This document shows, in pieces, positions 1 through 7,804 of a stretch of 31,467 bases of DNA. Both the position numbers and the translations under genes were made by a program. Under the pieces are notes generated by a model. It was not told the DNA's origin and made no database searches. It was given only the letters and a program-made list of their open reading frames with translations. The DNA comes from Promethearchaeota archaeon (lineage in GTDB: Archaea > Asgardarchaeota > Lokiarchaeia > Sigyniarchaeales > SOKP01). The stretch spans positions 1-31,467 of the forward strand of contig JAHLWH010000219.1 of assembly GCA_019058015.1 (NCBI GenBank), in the 5' to 3' direction. Positions within the stretch are counted from its first letter, which is position 1. Each line of letters opens with the position of its first letter.

Positions 1-12
1 AGATAAGAAGCT

Positions 13-691
13 GTGAAATTAGACAAAGAAATTTAAGTATGGATTAATTGAACAAAAATTAGCAAATTTTCCACCACTGGAGTTAAATTCTTCTGAATTA
101 AGAAAATCTGCTGTAATTATTCCAATTAAACCAACGAAATCGAGCTATAATATAATTTTTACTTCTCGTTCTCCAAAATTGAAACATCATACAGGTGAAA
201 TAAGTTTTCCTAGAGGCATTTTTGATTTAAATCTTGATAATACACTCCAAGAAACTGCTTTAAGAGAGAGATATGAAGAAATTGGAATCCCTCGTGAAAA
301 TTTAAAAATTAATGGAAGACTTGATGATTTACCAACCCTTAAGGGATTTATAATTCGACCTTTTATAAGCTTAATTATTAATTCAAATAAAATAGAATTC
401 AATATAAACCATAAAGAAGTAGAAGAACTAGTTGAAATCCCTATTGAATATATTACCCAAAAAAATCTTTTTTGTGAAATCCCATTCCCAAAGGATCCTA
501 AAAATTGGAAAATGCTAAGTTTTAAATTTAAAGATCCTTATACAAATCGTATTTTCAATATTTGGGGCGCCACAGCTCATATGCTCCAAGAATTTATAAA
601 AAAATTATACGATATGAAGGTCATTACTCCTGAATATAAAAGACCTACTCTTCCAGAATGCGTAGAATTTTTGCAAAAAAAGAAATCATAA
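13..691 (+). CDS. Nudix hydrolase, CoA pyrophosphatase (NudL/PCD1-like); 5' end apparently frameshifted, possible pseudogene
   Basis: The frame of ORF 179..691 is open back to nt 23 and reads SAVIIP...IIFTSRSPKLKHHTGEISFPRG...LQETALRERYEEIG...IWGATAHML (CoAse motif, Nudix box, IWGATA). The best start, GTG at 13 (MKLDKEI*), is in another frame. Confidence 0.85.
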
Positions 692-793
692 AAATTACAA
701 AAAGAAAAATTGAAAAAACATATGTAATTAGAAATTTCAAACAATTTTTTTAATTAATTAACGAATTCAATATTGCAGAGTGAAGTATAGAAA

Positions 794-1384
794 ATGTTTG
801 AGAATTCTGAAATTTCAGAAGAATTTATACTGAAAGATGGTAGGGTTGTACTAATTAAACGATTGTCAATTGAGGATTATGAAAAAAATAACAATTATGA
901 ATTTACCCATAACTGGCTAAATCAAGTTAATAAATATTTATTAGGAGAATTTGAGAAAGAAAATTTACAGCAAAATAAAGAATATTTTTACAACAAATTA
1001 TCTAATAAAGCGGAGGACTTAATGATAGGGGCAATTTATAATCAGAGGATTATTGTTTCAGCAGGTGTTAGCGTAAATCTGAAGTTAAAAAAAATAAACC
1101 ATGTTGGTAATTGGGGTATATCTGTACATCCAGATTTTCAAAATCAAGGATTGGGCGCTAAAATATTGAAAATTATAGAGGATATTGCCAAAGAAAGAGG
1201 GTTAAAAAGACTTGAAGCAGATTTTTATGAAGGAAATGAAATTGCGGAATATCTCTATGTTAAAAAATTGGGTTATGAGATTGAAGGAAGACAAAAATAC
1301 GCAGCCCTCTTGAAAGATGGAACCTATGTTGATAAAATCACAATGGGTAAAATAATAGATAAATCTCTGAAAAAAAATAAATAA
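794..1384 (+). CDS. GNAT family N-acetyltransferase
   Basis: Acetyl-CoA binding motif A (ISVHPDFQNQGLGAKIL), plus NEIAEYLY..LGYEIEG and GTYVDKITMG typical of YhhY/RimJ-like GNATs. Confidence 0.9.
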   Translation: MFENSEISEEFILKDGRVVLIKRLSIEDYEKNNNYEFTHNWLNQVNKYLLGEFEKENLQQNKEYFYNKLSNKAEDLMIGAIYNQRIIVSAGVSVNLKLKKINHVGNWGISVHPDFQNQGLGAKILKIIEDIAKERGLKRLEADFYEGNEIAEYLYVKKLGYEIEGRQKYAALLKDGTYVDKITMGKIIDKSLKKNK

Positions 1385-1452
1385 AATTTCTTTCTTTCGA
1401 TAATAACAATATAAACAATTTCTATTATTTTTTTATAATAGATTTCTATAAA

Positions 1453-4002
1453 TTATGTTTTTTCTTTCAATTTTTCTTGTAATTCTTTAATCTCTATGAG
1501 CTGATTATCTATTTTTTTTATCAAAGATTTTCTTGTTTCGAAATCACATAAACAGGTGTTCGTAATCTTTTTCCCTTTTTCAATATTTTCTATTGCCAGC
1601 TCAATTTTTCCAAGCTCTTTATAACATGTACCCATTTTATTATAAGTTTCGTTAGTAAACCATCCATATGGATCAAGTTTTAATGCTTTTTGAAACTTTT
1701 CTATCGCTTTTTCATATTCTTTAAACTCCATTAAAATTTCGCCGTATGAATCATAGTAATTTCCATCATTAGGAACGAGTTCTATTAAATTTTGAATTGT
1801 TTCTATTGCTTCCTGTTTATTTTTCATATATATAAACCAATAAGCTTTAGTATTAAGAAGGTTATAATCTTCTGGGTACAAATTAATTAAATTTTCGATT
1901 ATTTCTAATCCTTCATCAAGATTCCCTTTTAATTTAAGAATCCATGCTTTTTTCAAATAAAAATTCTTATTATCATTAGGAAATTCTTTTATTTTATCCC
2001 CTATTAATGATAATGCTTGCTCTAGTTGATTATTTGAAACTAAAATTTTGGTTTTTGTAAAATATAAATCTATTATTTTAGGATCCAAATCAATACCACT
2101 ATCGATTGCATTAATGGCTTCGTTATGTTTCTCCATTATTTGTAATATAATACTTTTAAATTGATAATATCGAGCTTTATTAGATTTATTGGGATCTAAA
2201 GAAATTGCTTTATCAATATCATCTAAAGCATAATCTTCATTTGCTTTTTCTTCGTTATAAATATAGATGATGTTATATCCAAGGACTAATGCTTTTGTAG
2301 CATAAGAAATCGGATGGTTAGGATAAAGTTCAAGCATCTTTTTAGCACTATTTAAAGCAACTTCAAAGTTTCCACGTGCTATGTATGAAAAAGCTAACAT
2401 GAAAAAATAAGAAGTATAAATTTGGTCATCTTTTATAACAGGAGACCCCTTAATTCCTCTCTTCAAAGTTTTTATTGCTTTTTTAAATTCTTTTAATAGA
2501 CATAGAATTTTTGCTTTAAAAATAATAAGACCTAAATCTCTTTGATTTAATTTAATTGCAGAATCTACTTTTTTTAGAGCTTTATCATATTCTGCCTTCT
2601 TTATCATATTCTGCCTTCTTAGATCTTTATCATATTCTGCCTTCTTAATTAAAGGTTGGATATTTTTATAAATCTCCCCGATTTTTGATGAAAAAAAAGG
2701 ATCTATTATTTCAAGAATCGTTGGGTCTATATAATAATTATATTCAGAACTAGTAGGATAATAGTTCTTTACTACTTCTTGAATATTTTGCCACACAATC
2801 CCTTCCAATTTATCAAAAGTATCTATTAATCGTTTTTCAGTTTCAATTTTATAAGCCAAATATTTAATATATTCTGGTAAAAATTCTCTTAATGATTCTA
2901 TTAAATTTTTATTAAATAGACTATCACAGATATCATCTAATATATTATCTAATAAATGTGTTGAATCTAAAGATGGATTATTGTTTAATGCTTTTTCATA
3001 AAGTTTATTCAAATAAGTAAATTTTATGATATAATCTTTTACAATAGCTCTTAATACTTTCTCTATTCTCTCATTCGCTTGAAAAAAATAGATTTTCTCT
3101 TGTTCATCTTCTAATTTAAAAAATTTTATTGGATAAAAATTCTCTTCTACAATTTTATAAACGTAATAATCAAGAATTGTTTTTTTAATATCATATTTGC
3201 TAGAGAATTCCTCAGGTGAAATATATTCAGGATATTGATTCGGATGATTTAGGGAAAGAAAAAGTAAAATTTTGTCAAAATCTTCCTCATTACTTAAAGT
3301 ATTTTTAACTTTAGCATAATCTAATTTTAGTATATTATTTAGAAATCGAAACTTTAATTCGTCATCTTCTATTTCATATTTTTCAAAAATTTTTATAGTT
3401 TTCTTCGTAATATCTTCAATTCTTTTGCTTTCTTCTTCCAAAATTGATTGTCGGTCTAGATCATATAATTTCAATACTTTTGAGTATTCCGTTTTACCAT
3501 CTGGAGTAATCTTATATTGCTTATTTTCATTTATTACAAATCCTTTGGTCATTAATAAATTAAGATTTTTTGATAAAGAAGATTGATTAATTGAAAGAGG
3601 TTCTTCACGAAAATCTGACCATTTACAATAATCATTGTTATTAACCATCCAAAGTGTAACATGATCGTAATTCCTTTTACTTATAATTGCTTTTGGAGGA
3701 TAATTTAATTTTCTTCTACCAGATTCTTTTAAATAGGCCAATTCACTTAGTCTTTCTTTGCCTGCTGGTGTAATTTGATAGTAATCTCGCTCAGGTTTTT
3801 CAACAAGACTTTTACTAATAAGATTATTTAACTTACCTGACAGTGTTGACTCACTTATTTCAACTTTAAAATCTGACCATCTACAAAACTTGTTGTTAGA
3901 AAGCATCCATAAAATAATTTGTTCATTATCTCGATTACCAAAAGGAGGACTTAAGACATTCTCAGGTGGATACATTATATTTATATTTTCTGAGTGACTC
4001 AT
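1453..4002 (-). CDS. TPR-repeat protein with two tandem N-terminal winged-helix-like domains
   Basis: C-terminal TPRs (e.g. YYDSYGEILMEFKEYEKAIEKFQKALKLDP). Duplicated N-terminal module YPP...LWM.NN..C.WSDF...S.LS..LN.L..K..V...Y.ITP.GK. The ORF extends to 4044, but ATG at 4002 is the likelier start. Confidence 0.8.
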   Translation of the reverse strand: MSHSENINIMYPPENVLSPPFGNRDNEQIILWMLSNNKFCRWSDFKVEISESTLSGKLNNLISKSLVEKPERDYYQITPAGKERLSELAYLKESGRRKLNYPPKAIISKRNYDHVTLWMVNNNDYCKWSDFREEPLSINQSSLSKNLNLLMTKGFVINENKQYKITPDGKTEYSKVLKLYDLDRQSILEEESKRIEDITKKTIKIFEKYEIEDDELKFRFLNNILKLDYAKVKNTLSNEEDFDKILLFLSLNHPNQYPEYISPEEFSSKYDIKKTILDYYVYKIVEENFYPIKFFKLEDEQEKIYFFQANERIEKVLRAIVKDYIIKFTYLNKLYEKALNNNPSLDSTHLLDNILDDICDSLFNKNLIESLREFLPEYIKYLAYKIETEKRLIDTFDKLEGIVWQNIQEVVKNYYPTSSEYNYYIDPTILEIIDPFFSSKIGEIYKNIQPLIKKAEYDKDLRRQNMIKKAEYDKALKKVDSAIKLNQRDLGLIIFKAKILCLLKEFKKAIKTLKRGIKGSPVIKDDQIYTSYFFMLAFSYIARGNFEVALNSAKKMLELYPNHPISYATKALVLGYNIIYIYNEEKANEDYALDDIDKAISLDPNKSNKARYYQFKSIILQIMEKHNEAINAIDSGIDLDPKIIDLYFTKTKILVSNNQLEQALSLIGDKIKEFPNDNKNFYLKKAWILKLKGNLDEGLEIIENLINLYPEDYNLLNTKAYWFIYMKNKQEAIETIQNLIELVPNDGNYYDSYGEILMEFKEYEKAIEKFQKALKLDPYGWFTNETYNKMGTCYKELGKIELAIENIEKGKKITNTCLCDFETRKSLIKKIDNQLIEIKELQEKLKEKT
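2582..2645. repeat. Three exact copies of 19-mer TTATCATATTCTGCCTTCT within the TPR gene
   Basis: Copies at 2582-2600, 2601-2619 and 2627-2645. Confidence 0.95.
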
Positions 4003-4181
4003 TATAAAACACAAAAAAAATATTATTAATAATAAATAATTCAATCATATTTAAATACTTTGCACTTCACATCGGCTTTTGAACTTCGTGTGAAGTTCGG
4101 CTTCATAACCTATATATGAATTATTTTCTTTATTAAAATTAATAATAAAAAATTGAAAAAAATTAGAAGTGATAAAAAAAA

Positions 4182-4427
4182 ATGGCCCCCCAAGTATGTG
4201 CAGAAAATGAAGCACTTTGCGATAGTGTTGAAATAGAAATTGTTTTAGAAAAACTCCCTGAATCAAGAAAACAAATCGAGAAAAAAAAAGTTGATGATAA
4301 ACAAGATAAATCACGATTATTGAAATTATTTAAGAAAGCAAAATATAACGCTAAATATCATGCAGAGTTAATTGAAATAAAGAAATTTAAAAGCCAGATT
4401 CATTTTAGAAACTATGGAGTTTTTTAA
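4182..4427 (+). CDS. Small hypothetical protein (81 aa, basic C-terminal half)
   Basis: ATG-started ORF divergent from the TPR gene, with plausible protein composition and no recognised motif. Confidence 0.55.
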   Translation: MAPQVCAENEALCDSVEIEIVLEKLPESRKQIEKKKVDDKQDKSRLLKLFKKAKYNAKYHAELIEIKKFKSQIHFRNYGVF

Positions 4428-4498
4428 AAAATCTAAATAAATTTTTTCATATTATATATTAAAAAAAAAATAAAAAATCACAAAAGAGGGAAAAAAAA

Positions 4499-4588
4499 AT
4501 GAAAACAAATAGAAGAAATAAAGAAAAACAAGTAAAAAATATAAAAAATTATCCTACAGGATATAATCCTCAGTATTTTAGATATTAA
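4499..4588 (+). CDS. Putative 29-aa peptide MKTNRRNKEKQVKNIKNYPTGYNPQYFRY
   Basis: Read manually. GAGGG lies upstream and a T-tract lies immediately downstream. Below the ORF-track size cutoff. Confidence 0.3.
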   Translation: MKTNRRNKEKQVKNIKNYPTGYNPQYFRY

Positions 4589-4696
4589 AAAATCTTTTTT
4601 TTTATTTTTATTATATTTAATTTTTGGAATTAATTGCTTCTACTTAAGGTTATCATTTTTGTGTTAATTTTTTGCATTATTTAAAATAATTTAGTA

Positions 4697-5095
4697 TTAA
4701 TGGTCATGCAGAAAACCATTGGGAAGAGTTTCTCCACATAAACATTGACTTGGATGACTATATACTTCGCAAATTCTTACAATTAAATCACAAGAAATAA
4801 CATTTGCAATTTTTCTGGCTTCTTCATGAGCAAATTCTTCGGAAAGATTCAAAGTATCCATTAAGAAATGGGCAACCAGATGTTCATGCAATTTAAAATG
4901 CTGAGCTTCTTTCTTCCCGGCAGCAACTAACTCAACACTTCTATAAGGTTCCCATCTTACAAATCTTTTTTCAACTAAACGTTTCACTGCACTATTCACA
5001 GTGCTATGTTTGATATTTAAGGCTTTAGAGAGAACACCTACACTTATTGAGCTGTTTATTTTTTCTAGATAATTCAAAATTTTATCTTCAAGCAT
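4697..5095 (-). CDS. DtxR/MntR family metal-dependent transcriptional regulator
   Basis: HTH (LSKALNIKHSTVNSAVKRL..RFVRWEPYRSVEL), H(E)HLVAHFL, AHEEARKI and C-terminal HPSQCLCG (canonical PxxCPHG). Confidence 0.9.
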   Translation of the reverse strand: MLEDKILNYLEKINSSISVGVLSKALNIKHSTVNSAVKRLVEKRFVRWEPYRSVELVAAGKKEAQHFKLHEHLVAHFLMDTLNLSEEFAHEEARKIANVISCDLIVRICEVYSHPSQCLCGETLPNGFLHDH

Positions 5096-5144
5096 AGTAA
5101 ATCATTTCTTATTTTTTTGTATATTTCCTTTAAAATAATTAAAG

Positions 5145-5924
5145 TTAAACGTGCACTTGAAAGACTAATATCATGGTTCCTATTCCAGCCATCATTAAAA
5201 GAAATTGCCTAAGTGTATGTTTTAATTCTATATTACGATGTTGTAATTCAGGATATAAATCAGATAAAGCAATGTAAATAAAGCTAGCAGCAGAAAATGC
5301 CAAGATATAAGGAATCGCAGCTTTTGTAATGTCTAATATAAAATAACTCACAATTGCTGCAGGTATGGTCGATGAGCCAGATAAAGTATTGTAAAATAAT
5401 GCTTTCTTTTTTGAATAATCTTGATCAAGTAGTATTCCAAAATCACCTACTTCCTGAGGAACTTCATGAGCAATAACAGAAAGGCTTACAGCTATACCCA
5501 TTGCAAAACTAATTAAGAAACTAGATGCAATAATAATACCATCAATAAGATTGTGGAAAGAATCTCCAATGAGAATAATTGGACCAGGAGCACCATGCAC
5601 TTCACAATTTGTTACATGACAATGGCGCCAAATTATCAATTTTTCAAGAACAAAAAAAACAATCAATCCTATTAAAATAGTTGCTAATATCAATGATATA
5701 TTTTGATTAACTTGTTCTATTACGGTGATATTTTCAATAGCATGTTCTATAGCATGTGGTATCATTCCTAAAAAAGCTGTAGCAAGTAAAGTCCCGGTAG
5801 CATATGAAATTAAGCATGGAATAAGTGTATTCTGTACCTTATCATTAAACAGCAAAAATGCACCCGCTGACAATATTGCTCCAACACTGCCCAAAATACT
5901 GAATAGAATAACCCATATTAACAT
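5145..5924 (-). CDS. ZIP family metal (zinc) transporter
   Basis: ZIP signatures GDSFHNLIDG and AHEVPQEVGDFG, His/Cys loop WRHCHVTNCEVH, about 8 TM segments. Confidence 0.95.
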   Translation of the reverse strand: MLIWVILFSILGSVGAILSAGAFLLFNDKVQNTLIPCLISYATGTLLATAFLGMIPHAIEHAIENITVIEQVNQNISLILATILIGLIVFFVLEKLIIWRHCHVTNCEVHGAPGPIILIGDSFHNLIDGIIIASSFLISFAMGIAVSLSVIAHEVPQEVGDFGILLDQDYSKKKALFYNTLSGSSTIPAAIVSYFILDITKAAIPYILAFSAASFIYIALSDLYPELQHRNIELKHTLRQFLLMMAGIGTMILVFQVHV

Positions 5925-5970
5925 TTTTTCATTCTCTGTTATAATTTATTTTAAAAATTATTAAAAAAAA

Positions 5971-5986
5971 TTACGATATGTCGTAA
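5971..5986. promoter_or_regulatory. Palindromic operator 1, TTACGA-TATG-TCGTAA
   Basis: Inverted repeat 47 nt upstream of the ZIP start; a second copy lies at 6023. Confidence 0.75.
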
Positions 5987-6022
5987 ACTAGTATAAATAA
6001 AAAATAATCAGAAATTTAAACT

Positions 6023-6038
6023 TTACGATAAATCGTAA
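6023..6038. promoter_or_regulatory. Palindromic operator 2, TTACGAT-AA-ATCGTAA
   Basis: Second copy of TTACGA-N4-TCGTAA, adjacent to TTTAAA (6015-6020). Confidence 0.75.
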
Positions 6039-6074
6039 TTATACAATTTTATTAATTACTATCTTATTTTTTTA

Positions 6075-7772
6075 TTAGACAAAGTAAGATGCTAAATATA
6101 TAGATGTACCGATTATAGTCGCAATAATTATTATTATAATAAATAATAACCTTAAAAGTAAAGTTTTTTTAAGTGGTTTTGATAATACTGCTTTAAAATT
6201 AAACTTTTCTCGAGATTTTAAAGTTACTGGTATGTAATAATTTATTGTAGAAGTCTTAAATTTTACTTGGTCTAATGGAACACATAAGTATATAAAAATC
6301 AGACAGCATACAACGACCATAAAAATTGTACTGATAACAGAATCAAGAATTAAAACTGTTGATGTTGCTAGAGCCCAACTTTGTGTTATTTGTAAAGAAA
6401 TAAAGAATAACAATCCCGGGATGGCAGCTACATCAAAAAAATCTAATTTTCTAAATTGCTTAGCAAGTTTTAGCTCAGTGGGTTTGTATGTGCGAATTTT
6501 GAAGAATTTATAACGAAATTTTCTTTGAAATTTTAAAATCTTATCGGAATCATTACATTCGATTAGATCACCATTAACATTACTAAAATCCTGCGAAATT
6601 GCTCTTATAACTAAAATTGAACCGAAAATGATTGAAAACCACCAATAAAGAGTGCCAAATAAAATAAAAAAATTCCACATTACAACAGAAGTAGCAATAA
6701 AGAAAATCCCCAAAATGAGGTTAGTATAAGAACGGTGAGTTGTACTAATTTGATTACTTTTCATAAATTCAGAAATTTCTTCTTTTTTCATAGAACATTC
6801 AAAAACTTCTGATATATCCTCGGTTATGGGATCTATTTCTTTTAATCTTATTTTAGATTTCTCAGGCTCAAACCACATTTCATATAAATCATCCTTGGTT
6901 GCAATTTCAAAATAATGCTGAGGAGTTAAAACCAAAAAGAACAAAGCAAAACACTCCATAATAGCTGAAAAAATTAATAAGATTCCCTGAATTGGGTTTT
7001 CTAATCTTGGAATTGCGGACATGTTTATGAGATAAAAACCTTCAATAAATGATAAAACGATAAAAGGCATTAACAGCACCACCCAAATAAGTTTAGGTCC
7101 TAAGTGGTTGTTTTGATACCGTAATGCTTCAATATCTTTTTTAAGAATTTTTGTAGTCCATGGAGAAGTAGGTCTAAATTCATGAAAATACAAATTATTT
7201 TTAGAATTTGAAAAGACACCTCGAAAAGAGCTTATCATTACATACAAAAATAAACCGATCCCAAAAAGACTGGGAAAAAGACCAACAGTATAGAAATAAG
7301 AAGGACCACCTAAAACTATTGCTTGACCGAATGGAGCCGAGTGGTGAGAAAGACCTCCAGTTAAAATGAATAGATCTACAAAACCCAAAATAAGGAATAA
7401 TAATGAAGCAATTAATCTGCTAAATGCAAATGAATAAAATCTTATGGATTTTTCTGGTTTCTCATTAACTTCGAAAAACTTATCCAAATAATAAGAAACT
7501 ATGTGCGGTTTGGGAACTCTCATTATTGTAATCTTTATACACAAAAATAAGCCAAAACCAAATAAAACCCACCCAAGAATGAAAGCAACTTCAAAATCAA
7601 TACCTGCATCTATAAATTCTACAGTATAACTTAGAACAATTATAAAGAAACCAAGAATTAATAAAAATGCTCCTAAGATAAGAATTATTAAAATTAAACG
7701 TCTTGGTTTCTCATATAATTCTTTAATTATATCAATCTCAACGGTTTGGTTTCTCTCTTCCATCTTAACCAT
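6075..7772 (-). CDS. Hypothetical polytopic membrane protein (565 aa), apparently internally duplicated
   Basis: About 11 hydrophobic segments alternating with beta-rich soluble stretches; no family recognised. Confidence 0.8.
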   Translation of the reverse strand: MVKMEERNQTVEIDIIKELYEKPRRLILIILILGAFLLILGFFIIVLSYTVEFIDAGIDFEVAFILGWVLFGFGLFLCIKITIMRVPKPHIVSYYLDKFFEVNEKPEKSIRFYSFAFSRLIASLLFLILGFVDLFILTGGLSHHSAPFGQAIVLGGPSYFYTVGLFPSLFGIGLFLYVMISSFRGVFSNSKNNLYFHEFRPTSPWTTKILKKDIEALRYQNNHLGPKLIWVVLLMPFIVLSFIEGFYLINMSAIPRLENPIQGILLIFSAIMECFALFFLVLTPQHYFEIATKDDLYEMWFEPEKSKIRLKEIDPITEDISEVFECSMKKEEISEFMKSNQISTTHRSYTNLILGIFFIATSVVMWNFFILFGTLYWWFSIIFGSILVIRAISQDFSNVNGDLIECNDSDKILKFQRKFRYKFFKIRTYKPTELKLAKQFRKLDFFDVAAIPGLLFFISLQITQSWALATSTVLILDSVISTIFMVVVCCLIFIYLCVPLDQVKFKTSTINYYIPVTLKSREKFNFKAVLSKPLKKTLLLRLLFIIIIIIATIIGTSIYLASYFV

Positions 7773-7804
7773 CTAATATTTTTTTTTAACAATTTTATTT
7801 TTTC

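Noticed and set aside
187-402. 71-aa minus-strand ORF
   Set aside because: Antisense shadow of the Nudix gene; no motif.
2582-2645. CRISPR-like repeat array
   Set aside because: The repeats are 19 nt with 0- and 7-nt gaps inside a CDS; no spacers or cas genes.
4062-4110. SECIS, fluoride riboswitch or tRNA interpretation of the hairpin element
   Set aside because: The minus strand has ATGA...GA, but the flanking AGCC/AGCC cannot pair. No cloverleaf, no riboswitch consensus, and no in-frame TGA selenoprotein seen nearby.
4051-4314. 87-aa minus-strand ORF
   Set aside because: Phe-rich antisense of the A-rich 4182..4427 ORF; likely spurious.
5725-5964. 79-aa plus-strand ORF
   Set aside because: Antisense to the ZIP transporter.
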